NCBI RefSeq assembly: GCF_011386835.1
Contig: NC_088802.1
Coordinates: forward strand, 372,001-436,000
From: Chrysemys picta bellii
Lineage: Eukaryota
Length of the DNA: 64,000 nt
Direction: 5' to 3'
Of the stretch, positions 47,301-58,780 are shown piece after piece (the first letter of the stretch is position 1; each line of letters begins with the position of its first letter). The notes below the pieces were generated by a model. It saw only the letters and a program-made list of their open reading frames with translations. It ran no database searches and had not been told where the DNA came from. The position numbers and the translations under genes were made by a program.

Positions 47301-48600
47301 GTGCCCCCCCATGGTCTTTGCGGGGGGTCTCATCCCCCTCCGTGTCAAGGGGGAGGTGCTGAGCCCGAGCCGTCCTTTTGTCCTGCTTCCCCTGGACGCG
47401 TGCCCAGCCAGGGGCAAGGGCGCTGGATCCAAGGACTGGGGAGGCAAAGGGGGAACAACAGGAAGAAGGAATACCTCCCCCTGGGGCGTGCCCTCTCCCT
47501 AGCCCAGGGACGGCCCTGCCGCCCTCTCCTCCATGGGCCCTGCTGGACTGCATATGACAGAGGTGGGGCCTACCCGCTCGTCTGGGCGCAACGGGGGGGC
47601 TACCCCTGGGGGCCAAGTGGGAGCAATAGCAGAAGGAGGAGGGGTGACTAGGGGAGCCGGACAGCCAGGGTCGCCGGTGATGGCAGGGCTGGTGCCCTCC
47701 CGGGTCTCGGGGGGCGGCTCAGGCACCCCTCCATGCCAGGCCAGGGGGCGGACGTGCCCGGTTGCCTGGCAGAGGTAACACCGGGCCTCCCACGAGGAGT
47801 CGTGCACCCGGTAATGGACTCCCTGGTGGGGCACCAGAAAGGACCCCCTACTGCCTCTCCGTCGCGCCGCCGGGGGCAGTTGGATTTGGACCTGCCGGCG
47901 GAAGGACAGAACGTGACGGAGGGCAGGGTCCTTGCAGCCCAGTGGGAGAGCGCCGATAACAGATAGGGGGTTTCCCCAGGGTGGAGCAGAAGGGCATCAT
48001 TGGGAAGGAAGGACGGGATGGAGGTGAAAACTACCCGTAAACCCAGTTCCTCAAGGGGAAAAATGGGACTAACACCTCCCCCCGCAGGCCCATTTCCACC
48101 GCCTCCTGGGCAGGGGCCTCTGATGCCATGAATACGACGACCTTCCTGTACATCTTGGAGGCCGCCACCATGGCTGTGGGCCCCACCACCTGCACCAACG
48201 CCCTCACGTAGCTCTCTACATGGGGCGAGGCGGGCACCAGGAGGCAACAGAGGCCGTGCTTCCTGGGCGGGGAAGGGACCCCGGCCGCAGGGATGGAGCT
48301 GGAAGCCGCAGTTGTGGAAGATGAAATAATGGCACGTGGAGGGGCTGTGGCCATCTGGGCATACACTCTGGGGGCCAAGGGAGGGGAGCCCCTGGAGCTG
48401 GTGGAGGGAACAACGGGGGGGTTGCGGTGGGTGATGAGGTGGCGGTGGCCCCAACCAGGGGAGGCTTCACTTTTGGGGCACAGCTCTTGCCCTTTTTACC
48501 GGCCGAGGGGGTTCCCCCAACCCGGAGGGGGTAGAGGCCATGGCAGTGGCGGAGTCCGGACTTGTGTCCACCAGCAGCCGCGGCGCCTGATCAGAGGCAG
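44350..48600 (-). mobile_element. Tx1-like element 5' half (ORF1 and ORF2 endonuclease), decayed
   Basis: ORF1 peptides SPHVESYVRAL...AASKMYRKVVVF and zinc knuckle ARCYLCQATGH. ORF2 TIFATLNT, FLQETH, LNLVNVYA and CHDYTRGASRQRD. Confidence 0.85.
44473..45143. mobile_element. Gypsy-type solo LTR nested in Tx1 ORF2
   Basis: TGTCAC...GTCACA with a 5-bp TSD GCACC; same family ends as 34162-35091. Confidence 0.85.
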
Positions 48601-49149
48601 AGGGGCGGGTGGTAGTTGAGAGGTTAGCCCTAGGGAGACACGGGAGAGTTAGCGGGGGGGGGCACCCACAGTTTTCCCCACCATTTTGGTATGGGGCAGG
48701 AGGTAGCACCGGTGGGGGGGGGGGGGGAGAAGGGAAGGGGACGGGAAAAGGCCTACCACTCCTCCCCACTAGGCTGTGGGCAGGGGGGAGAGTACCAATG
48801 GGGAGGTGCAGGGAGGCCAATCGAGGCAGGAAAGGGGGGGCGCGATCAGTGGCGCGGGAGGGGGATACCGGCTCTTCCAGTGCACTAGGAAGGGGAGGGA
48901 CCACGATATCATTGCGGGGGGGGGGGGGTTCGGTGAATGCGGGACACAAGGGACACAAGCACTTAGGGGGAGGTTTGGGCGCATGAAACAAGGGGGCTGA
49001 GCGAGTGGGGGGGCAATGGGAGGTTAGGGGAAAAGGGGACCCAGCTGGAAACAGGCTGGGGGCAGGGCTGGAGAGGCACAGGGACAAGCTCTGAAGGCTG
49101 GGGCGGGGCAGGCAAACGAACAGTCCCGAGCTGGGTCTTACAGGCTCCA

Positions 49150-50400
49150 ATGGTTCCTATACCAACAATGGAGCTGGACAAACTCATTAATGCCTGGCCA
49201 AGAGCCAGCAGCAATAACAGGCACCACAGCTGCAGCCGGAACAGCAACCGGTGCAACAGCAGCTACTTCGTGAGCTGGGGCCCCCCCCATGGTGAGCAGC
49301 AGCAGCAGCACCTCCAGCCTCCCGACCCATGGGCCACCCTCCTCATCCCGTACCTGACGGGCAGCTCCAACCGCCTGCCGGGGGCTCCCGAATGACGAGC
49401 CCAGGGATTATAGAGGAGTGAAAGCAGCCATCTTAGACACCCTGGACACCCGGTGGCGGTTCCGTGACAAGGTCTGTCCAACGGGCGCCAGGCCCCAGGA
49501 GTTGAAGGATGCCTGCTGGAGGTGGCTGCAGCCCGAGCAATGGACCGCGAATGACGTTGCCAAACAGATTGTCCTGGAGCACTTTGTGCACATCCTCCCA
49601 ACCCGAGGGAGGGCCTGCGTCCTTCAGCACTGCCCGACGACGCTGAGCGCGGCCGTCTCTCTAATGGAGGACTTCTTAGTCGCGGAGGTTCTGATCAGGC
49701 CAGCGATGGAGGTCCCAGCATTGGGGCCGGGCAACCCAAGAAGAAGTCTGGGACCAAGGCTGACATGCGGCCTGGACCCCGCAGACATGATAGCTGGGGG
49801 AGCGACACCCTGCGCCAAGTGGACTCAGCGCTGCGGGGGGTGCTGGGACACCCCGATAAGAAGGGCCGAGCGCTGCTGCCAAGTCTGCCCCACCATCCGT
49901 CTGTAGCACCAGCCAGGTCAGGGCGCCCTGAAGGGGGCATGTACATAGATTCCTAGGACTAGCTGGATATTGCCACCGCTTTATCCCAGGGTTCTCCTCC
50001 ATTGTGGCCCCCGTTTCCAATCTCCTCAAGAACGAGAGTCCGGAAAGGATCCAGTGGACCAGAGCCTGTGAGGAGGCGTTCCAAACTCTGAAGGCCCGGC
50101 TGTCTCAAGAACCCGTCTTGTACAGCTCTGACTTCACCAAGGAGTTTTTGTTACAAACAGATGCCTCAGATGTGGGCCTAGGAGCTGTTCTATCGCAGGT
50201 AGTAGGGGGCGACAAACACGTCCATCCTCTATATTAGCAGGAAGCTATTCCCGCGAGAGAAGATCTATTCTGTAATCGAGAAAGAAGCCCTGGCAGTAAA
50301 ACGGGCCATGGACTCACTCTGTTATTATCTTCTGTCCGCGCACACTTCACCCTCGTTACAGACCATGCCATGCTCTGCTGGCTCCACGCCATGAAGGCAG
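49150..50400 (+). mobile_element. SCAN-containing (Gmr1-like) Gypsy remnant: gag/SCAN and RNase H
   Basis: MELDKLI gag start, SCAN peptide 49487-49720, and RNase H peptide WTRACEEAFQTLK...FLLQTDASDVGLGAVLSQ. Confidence 0.88.
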
Positions 50401-50538
50401 CGACTCATTGTAGATCTCTGGGAAGTTGGCCGTGAAATGGTACCAGGGTGTGTGTGGGAGACAGAAACAACATCAGAACCATGAACTAGTAAGTCTGCAA
50501 GCGTACTAAAACGTGTCTGTCATGTCTTTCCAAGAAGA

Positions 50539-50958
50539 TGTGACGAACTGGGACTGTTCTTAATGTGTTCTTTGAATGCTCAGTAGGTAGTGTGGCTGGG
50601 GGGCTGCATTGGGGGATGGGAGACTGGCCTTGAGGGAAGATACCTGAGCATGTAACATGAGAACCCAGGAGGGGGATGGAGCGAGGTGACACCTCTGCCC
50701 AGGAAATGGACAAAGGCTGGGGGAGGAGACACTGTGGAGAATGAGAGTTGCAGGAGCTGGCTGGTGTAATGGAGGGAGCCCAGACGGGGCTCTGACCCCC
50801 CAATGGGGCTGTGGTGCCCCTGGGACCCCAAGATGGACCTAATTGGTCCTGTTGTCTGTGCCTGCAAGACCTGTCTTGGACTGTGTTCCTGTCGTCTAAA
50901 TAAACCTTCTGCTTTATTGGCTGGTGCAGGGCCTTGTGTCCCCCCACACTCCGTGACA
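50539..50958. mobile_element. Solo LTR in the TPX2-pseudogene intron
   Basis: TGTGACG...CGTGACA termini, an AATAAA near 50899, and an imperfect 5-bp TSD GAAGA / GAAGG. Confidence 0.7.
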
Positions 50959-51506
50959 GAAGGCCGTAACAAGCTCACAGAACCATGCTGGACTAAGCCA
51001 TTATGCCACTTAGCACCAATGCCTTTCAACTTCAAGTGGATGGAGGTTATTTTTTCAGAATTGTGCCAATTTACTGGATTTCACCAGTGGTGAAACAATA
51101 GCTTGCGGAAGATTAGCCTTTGAAAAGGCAGGCTTGTGCTGGAAGACAGTTGCCACATTCTCTGCAGGAGACATTCTCTGAACTGGCTTTCAGATCTGTG
51201 GAAAACACTGCCAACACATTGTATATTAAGCATTTGTAACAATACCCCATGGTATACAAGTAATTATGATGTTAGCTAAGCCTGTCATCAACTCACTAGT
51301 TCTTGATCAGGGATAGCATTTTACTGTACTTAGGTTTGAGACATGTAATTTCCTGCATAAGTCACCACAACCTACTTGCTATAGAAGTCAGGACTAACAT
51401 AAGAGAGTTTCCCAGAGCAGGGACATTTTCCCTTCCCAAAGCCTGAGCAGAAAGCAGACACCCTAGTCTCCCACTGTGAGATACTTACCAAACCGTGACT
51501 CTACAC

Positions 51507-51685
51507 CAGTGGTTCTCAAACTTTTCTACTGCTGACCCCTTTCACATAACAAGCCTCTGAGTGCAACCCCCACTTATAAATTAAAAACACTTTTTTAATA
51601 TATTTAACACCATTATAAATGCTGGAGGTGAAGCGGGGTTTGGGGTGGAGGCTGGCAGCTCGCGACCCCAGTTTGAGACCCCCCG
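51507..51685. mobile_element. hAT (Charlie-like) MITE inserted in the first coding exon of the TPX2 pseudogene
   Basis: Same family as 34521-34743; 8-bp TSD CTCTACAC / ATCTACAC. Confidence 0.9.
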
Positions 51686-54494
51686 ATCTACACTCTGCAT
51701 GTCATCATCATTCAGAGTCCTGAAGTTGATGCAGAAACGACCTACATCATAGGAATAGGAAGATTGTGGATGAGACATTTTCACCGCAGTCTTGTCCCCA
51801 GAAGTCTGTCACATGTGCCACCACCAATCAGTTTTAGATTAATCACTGGAAAAAAGTTTTAATGTAGGTTATTTCTCAAAAGGACTTGTTACTGTTCCAC
51901 TCAATGGTGAAAATGTTCAACCCTGAAAGCCACCAGTATCAAGCATCTCTAAAGATGGAGGACAGAATGCACCAGACAAGACTCCTAATTGGTCTCAGAA
52001 GCACTAAGTATATTGCAACTGCACAGAGAGCATCTGTATCTACTTTTCATGTCCAGTTATAATAGTGGTTTATCTAAAGTTTGTTAACCTCTGTGAAGGA
52101 GCAGAGGGACTGCGGCCAGGCACAGCAGGGGTTAAAGAAAACCTGTGGGTTCAGATAGCCCTGCCCCGTTATACCTGCAGCCAGTGCCAGGCCTGGAGGG
52201 GGGAGAAAAGAAGGGCACCTGGCGCAGTCAAGGGCTGACTGGCGAAGAGGCAGGAGCTCTCTGTTTGCCTGCCTGAAGGCATGGACCAGCAACCTGCCTG
52301 CCAACGCAGCCACTGGAGGCAAAAAGTCTTCCCCTGCGAAGGGGAGCCTGCAGATAAGCCCCAACTGTGGGGAAACGGGACTAGCGGGGCCATGCTCCAA
52401 ACTAAAAGGACTTGCATAGGGGAGCAGCCCAGGAAAACAGGTCCTGACCCCCACCCCTTCATGGCTGGGAGAAAGATCCATCTCCCCTGTTTAGGGGTTT
52501 GAGCAACACAGGACCCTGGGCCAGAACCTAAGGGAGAAGGAGGGGTCAGGTCCCCCTACTGCCCCCTAACCAACGATCTAGCCACTAGGCTGCCTGGCCA
52601 TGGAAGGCCCTATCACACTCTCCTATTAGGAAGCTTTAGATTCACATGAAAGAATCATGCCACACCCTTGAATACAGGAGTTAGCCACTCAGCAATGTGG
52701 ACAAGCCCAGCCGCTGGGCCACGCACAGAGGTTAGGAAGAAGGATCCTGAGTGTTCTACCAGTGTTGACCCGAGCTTCTGCGGAGGGGCCGCCACTTGTT
52801 AGATCAAAGCTAGTAGGAGTCTAAAGCTTAGATTTTAAGATGATACCACACCTAGTCCCCCAACTGGAAGAGAGAAACTGGTCTGTCCTCTTTCATCGGC
52901 ACAGCCTCCTTGCTGCTGTAAAGATACAAAGAATAGGTCTCTGCTGCTCTATTCCCTCTCCCAGTTTGTTCGGGAGGAATGGACAGTTTCACAACTGCAG
53001 AGGATTTTGAACAGCAGGGAAACAGACTGTAGTCTTATTAATTTAATACTGCCACTGCTTCCGGGCAAAACCAAGAGCAGCAGCTTTGGCACTGGAGTTG
53101 TTTAGGGACTCAAATAAAAACCATGGCATCGGGTCACATTGAAAGTTTTGCAGCCATAAGGGCTAGAAGCTTATTTTGAATGGAAAGTTTGTTCTGCAAA
53201 AAGCGATAGCTTTGTTGTGCACCTCCACCACCACCATCCGCACTTGGTAGCGCGATCGTCTCATTCATTGCTGGCAGACACATTTTTCAAGTTGTGGTCC
53301 TTAGTCTGGTGAAGGGAAACTTTCTGCACTTCCGTGTGGCCTTCCTGCACAACTTTGGAGTTCTGTTACCATCTGGTTACATTAGCATCGCCTCAGCAAC
53401 ACTAGTCACTCAGTCCAACCACGCCCTTGTACAATGAATGTTTAATTGCAATCCTACAGAACAGACACGTGTACTAAGCAACAGTGCTGCAATGTCTCTT
53501 TATTTAAGTTCACATACAGGACGGCAATGTAAACCCTTGGAGAATGCCACATCACTGTCCCCACCAGTTTGGTTAGTCACAGAAACACTGACAGACAACA
53601 AACGTAGTCCCAACTTTAATGACAATAAAAGGCTGAGGCATGATACAACACTTCCAGTTCAAGTGGTGATATTAGAGACTCATGGATACAAGAACAATCC
53701 AAGAACAAAGTTACAATTCCTTACATTGCAATTTAGGTTGAAATTGCACCTTTCTAGCTGGCTGATGCAAGGCTGGTGAGGTTCCCAGTGGGCATCAGAG
53801 CTCTGGGATTACCTCTGGCTTCCTTCCCCACCCATTGGCCATTGCCTGCTGCCCTGATCCATCTTCCTCCGATGGGTCTCCATCCTCCTGCTGTTTGGAG
53901 TTCATAAGCTTTGAGTCATCCCTGGTAACACTCCCCAGCTTCTCCATCCCCCCATCGCCCCCCAAAAAGCACCAGAGACTCAAGACATAACTGTGCTGCC
54001 CACTGCCTGCTTCTGAGACAATGTCAATAACAACTGTGACTCATGGTCGTCTAGCACCTCTCACCTACTGCATGCTACTTCTCGCCCTAAGAAGGCAGCT
54101 ACTTGTGGGGTGGAACGTACCAGCTGCTAAGTAGCACACAGCCCTGAGGGCAGAAAGAGGTGGATTCTGTAGTCAGTAGAAGCTGCAGCCGGTGATGGAG
54201 GTTAGCACTATGTAGCCCCCCAAGCTGTAATAGGATCTAGGTAAATACCCCTCCCATCTCAACCCGCCTCCCCTCCCTCCATTCCAATCCCTCCTTACAA
54301 CGCATCTTTGCCACCAACTCTGTGGTGACCCCCCGCCAGAGCAGCCCCCAATATGCAGCACGCACCAGGCTAGACTGGAGATCCAGATGGGTACGGTCTG
54401 CTACTAGACTGGAAGCATGGCAGGAGAAAGTGCCTTCCTTTGTATTTCAAGGGTAGCAAGCACCCTGTCAGCACTCCCACAACGCTCTGGGCTT

Positions 54495-54776
54495 CATGGG
54501 CGGCCTGTGAACCCCTGGCTGGGGGAGGCTAGCCCGCAGACCCACCCGTTCCACCCGAGGTCCCACCCCACCGCAGCCACTGGCCCCAGCCCCGGAGCAT
54601 CAGGAGGGCAGGTGGCGCAGCCCCAGCTGTGGCCAGCACTGGCTGGGGGACTGGAGCCGCGCACGCAGAGTGGCGGGAAGCTGGGGGAGCGGGTCAGGGG
54701 CAGAGTGTGGACAGGGCCACGTCTGGTTGTTTGGGAAGGCACAGCTTCCCCCACCCTATGGTACCTGCCACCCATG
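54495..54776. mobile_element. Non-autonomous hAT element
   Basis: TIRs CATGGGCGGC...GCCACCCATG with a perfect 8-bp TSD CTGGGCTT. Confidence 0.88.
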
Positions 54777-56011
54777 CTGGGCTTCTAGTGACCTCCAAAG
54801 ACCTAATGACCGCCGGTCCCCAAGGGATAGGGTAAGGGCCTTTTGAGGTGTTTGGGTCTTAGTCATACCCCTCAGAAGCCTGCTGTGCCCCACTGCAGCC
54901 TTCTCGAGGGTTGTTCTTGGAGGAAGAGATTGTGAATGGTCCCATAATTAGGGGCTGGCCTAGAATGTGAGCTCTGGATTCAGTTCCCGGCTCAGCTCTC
55001 TAGTCCCAGTGTGATCTAGGGCAAGCCAGTTGGGGGAACCGAGGCCCAGGCTATGTACCGGGGTGTTATTGCACTGCCCTACCTCCTGGGGAGGGGCCCG
55101 GGACTGAGTGAAGCCTCAGAACACACCTCAGGCAGCTTCAGCCCCCTCAGCCTCCAGCGGTTAAAGCCTGCTGAGGAAGACACTGCTGAGCCTGGCATGC
55201 TCGACTGCCCCAATGGGCCTGGACACACCCAGCCCTGGGAGGTGGGGCTGCGGGGCGGGCGGGGTCTTTCAAAGGAACTGGTGAGGAAAGGTGTTGCCCT
55301 GGCTCACCTCTTCCCTGAGTGGCTGCACTGGAAAACTGGAGGCAGTGGAAGAATGATCCCTTGTGGTTACAACACAACCGGCCGACGCCCCAGTGCCTAA
55401 TATAGGAGAGGCGGGGTTTGCAAACAGGCCCTATGCACAGCCACGGGAGCTTCTCTCTCCCCTGTGCGATAGGGGGCCCAGCTGAGAGCTTCATGCCAAG
55501 GGACACGGCTCGCATTCGGTGCCAGGTTCCCTGCGCCCTCACATTCCCACACGGACAATCCGGAGCCAGGGGGCCTGGGAGCAGAGCCCAAGTCATGATG
55601 CTCTACCACGCTGCCAGCTCTGGGCTTCTAACTGGGCAGTGGTCCCCTAACCCTTGTGCTGGGAGACAGATTTAGCCAACAGGTGAGCGGAATTCAGGTA
55701 TGACTGTATTAAACTACGAGAGCATTGTTCACTTTGCTCCCTCTCCTCTTGTGCGCCATCCTTTCCTTTTAGGTTAGGGAGCCAGCCGATACGGAGGCCT
55801 CTCTTTAGGGTTTTTTGTGTGTGCAGTAGAGCACAAAGTCTCCAGAGAATTGTGCAAGGAAAGCCTGCCTGGGTTTAGCTAGAAGCAGGGCAGTTGCAGC
55901 AGCCTGCTGGATACTTTGCCACAGAGAGCAGAGGCCGCCTGCCTCCCGGCTGGTTGAGACACCCGGCAAGAACAAGTCAGCCCTGCTCAATTCAGAAAGC
56001 TGGGATGTAAG

Positions 56012-57095
56012 TGTGACGCTGTATGGAATCTGGGGGACACTTCAGGATATTCTGAATACCAGTAGTGTAAAATTGCAATGAGTTATGGCAGATATGCCGT
56101 GTAAGATATCTGCAAAAATGTTATGATTTGCCAGATATGATAATCTTGTTTATATGTTTGTATCACCTTTTGTATTAGGAGTTATAGATATGTATGCATG
56201 TCTGTATTTTAAACTTGGGCTATGCTTCTGGGCGACACCCCCAGGCAGTTTGGAATCAGCATGATGGCCCATTAAGGACCATCTGCTACACAACTGACCC
56301 ATTGAGAGAAGGCAAGGGATACACATGATGACGCAGCACGGCATGGAGGTGCATGGACAGAACTCTGAGGCTTCCAGGCCATGTACTGAGCAGCTTGTGT
56401 TTGGGACAAAGGTAGTATAAGCCGCATGGCAAAAGTCTATAAAAGGCCGCTGCATCTTCTCCATTTTGTCTTCAGTCCTGCTTCTTGTCTTTATTCCTGC
56501 TTCTTACCTCTGGAGTAACCGTTCTACAAACGAAGCTCTGAACAAAGGACTGAATGATCCATCCAAGCTGTGAATGTTTTCCAGAGGGACTTTCAAGCCA
56601 GCAAACTCACCAACACTGCTAGGAACCTGATGGACTTTGAAGGCTTTGTATGTGACTGTTTTACCATTTACCATCTCTCTTCTTGTTCTTTCTTTTTTCT
56701 TTATAATAAAGCTTTAGTTTTAGACATTAAAGCATTGGCTGGCAGCGTGGCATTTTGGGTAAGATCCAAACCTGTACTGCCCTGGTGACATGGCTGACCC
56801 TTTGGGATCAGAAGAACATTTTGTACATGTGAGCAGAGTTTTTTAAATAACTTCTCACTGTACTGGACCTAGGTGCTGATTGGGAGCCAGAGAACTGGAA
56901 TGCAATAGAGGGAGCTGTGTGATTTATTTTTTGTGTCTTGATAACCAGTATGTGGGTGGGTGGGGGAGGGGGGATTAGAAGCACAGTTTGTGACTGGTTG
57001 GGGAGTTTAACTGCAGTGTTACCCGCCAGTCTTGGGAGTATCTGCTCTTCCTTTTGCAGCCCGCCCTGACCTTGGCATTTCCAGTGAGGGCTGCT
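56012..57095 (+). mobile_element. LTR-like element, probably truncated on the right
   Basis: Begins TGTGACG and contains TATAAAAG (~56438) and AATAAA (~56705). No matching right terminus was found. Confidence 0.5.
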
Positions 57096-58060
57096 CGTCT
57101 TGGCTGTAGACAGTGGATCATGTGATGTATCCTGGGTAGAAGCAGGAGGCATGTAGATAAGTATCGCAGTCAGTAGGTTCATAGGCGCCGACTTCTACTG
57201 GCGCCGGTGGGTGCTTGACCCCCCTCTGCCCCTGGCACCGCCCCAACTCCACCCCTGCCCTTCCCCCTCCCATCCCCATTCCCGCCCCTTCCCCAAAGTC
57301 CCTGCCCCAACTCTGCCCCCTCCCTGCCCCTATTCCGACTCCTTCCCCAAATCCCGGCCCCACCTCTTCCCCGCCTCCTCCCCTGAGCACACCACGTTCC
57401 CACTCCTCCCCCTCCCTCCCGGAGCGTGCTACAGCTGTTTGCCGGTGGCAAGCACTGGGAGATAGGTGGAGGAGCGGGGACGCGGCGCGCTCAGGGGAGG
57501 GGGCGGGTAGAGGAGCTTGGCTGCCGGTGGGTGCAGAGCACCCACTAATTTTTCCCCATGGGTGTGCCAGCCCCGGAGCACCCACAGAGTCGGCACCTAT
57601 GAGTAGGTTTCCGGTATAGGGTGGTGTTTATGTGACCATCACTTATTTGCACTGTAGTGTCCAGGAAATGGATCTCTTGTGTGGAGTGGTCCAGGCTGAG
57701 GTTGATGGTGGGGTGGAAACTGTTGAAATCCAGGTGGAATTCCTCAAGGGCCTCCTTCCCGTGGGTCCATAAGATGAAGATTTCATCAATGCAGTGCAAG
57801 TAGCGGAGGGGCGCTAGGGGACACCTCTTCATCAATTATTGGGAGTGGACCACATCCACCCTGACTGAATTGACCCTTTCAGCACTGGTTCTCCACTTGT
57901 AAGGTAAACTCCCTTCTCTTCATGTGTCAGTGTATTTATGCCTGCATCTGTAATTTTCACTTCATGCATCTGAAGAAGGGAGTTTTGTTTACCCACGAAA
58001 GCTTATGCCCAAATAAATCTGTTAGTCTTTAAGGTGCCACCGGACTCCTCATTGTTTTTC
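57095..58060. mobile_element. Penelope-like element: RT fragment (minus strand) plus terminal repeat region
   Basis: PLRYLHCIDEIFILWTHG...IHFLDTTV...TLYRKPT | DCDTYLHAS...STVYSQ across the hAT insertion. Terminus at 57840-58060. Confidence 0.88.
57180..57601. mobile_element. Non-autonomous hAT element nested in the Penelope ORF
   Basis: TIRs CATAGGCGCCGACT...AGTCGGCACCTATG with a perfect 8-bp TSD AGTAGGTT. Confidence 0.92.
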
Positions 58061-58611
58061 AAAACAGTTAAGTCGGCTTCAGTTTATACCATGTGTTATT
58101 TGGATGCAAGTCTGTAGGGGACCCCCCAAAAGAGCTTCAACATTTGCTCTTTGTTCAGACCGGTTCGCCCAACCTTCATTTGGGCATCAAATGTTGATCA
58201 GTTAGAGGGAATCCTTTCTTTATGGGGATTCAACAGCCAGAGCGTATCCTGTAGACCACCTGCCACGGGACTCTCTTGCAGTTGTCACTTTCAGGGGCCT
58301 CTCCAAGCCACCGGTTTGCCTTTCCCCTCTGCACTAGACATCTACAGTTAGAGGCTAAACTCCCCCTGACCTCCATTGGGTGCTGCAGGGTTCCACTCGC
58401 TCACACCAGGGGGAATTTACCCCAGAGGTTTCAAAGTCCCTTTCCACACGTGTGTAAATTTTGGCTGCCCTGGCACAAGTAACACCGAGGTGCCCAGTGT
58501 AGCCCCCCCCCCCCCCATACTGCCACTGCTGGTCCCTAGTTTTAGGCCAAGCTGTGGTTGCTATTTTTTGGATCCTCTTATTGGAATTTGCTATCCTGTT
58601 GTTACTGATGT

Positions 58612-58780
58612 TATAAGAACGGCCAGACTGGGTCAGACCAAAGGTCCATCTAGCCCAGTATCCTGTCTTCTGACAGTGGCCAATGCCAGGTGCCCCAGAG
58701 GGAATGAACAGACCAGGTAATCATCAAGTGACCCATCCCATCGCCCATTCCCAGCTTCTGGCAAACAGAAGCTAGGGACA
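58612..58780 (-). mobile_element. CR1 3' end fragment
   Basis: ataagaacggccagactgggtcagaccaaaggtccatctagcccag..., the complement of the 3' UTR at 20200-20320. Confidence 0.75.

Larger units (their letters stand above)
39778..51845 (-). pseudogene. TPX2: Unprocessed, partial TPX2 pseudogene
   Basis: Exon 51845-51489 (ATG 51778; MSHPQSSYSYDVGRFCINFRTLNDDDMQSVDSRF after removing a MITE; donor GTAAGT). Exon 51195-51075 (DLKASSEN.../KANLPQAIVSPL; frameshifted, 121 nt). Exon 39935-39778 (GQPVKRTAGQVTKPVEFHFCTDERIKQH...). Possible exon starting at 42780. These match recalled human TPX2 segments in order and with compatible intron phases. Confidence 0.85.

Noticed and set aside
49418-49906. ZSCAN-type host gene
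   Set aside because: There are no KRAB or C2H2 exons. The SCAN peptide is contiguous with decayed Gypsy gag and RNase H.
39778-51845. Functional TPX2 gene
   Set aside because: The first coding exon has a MITE insertion, the second has a frameshift, several intervening exons were not found, and the C-terminal exons are absent.
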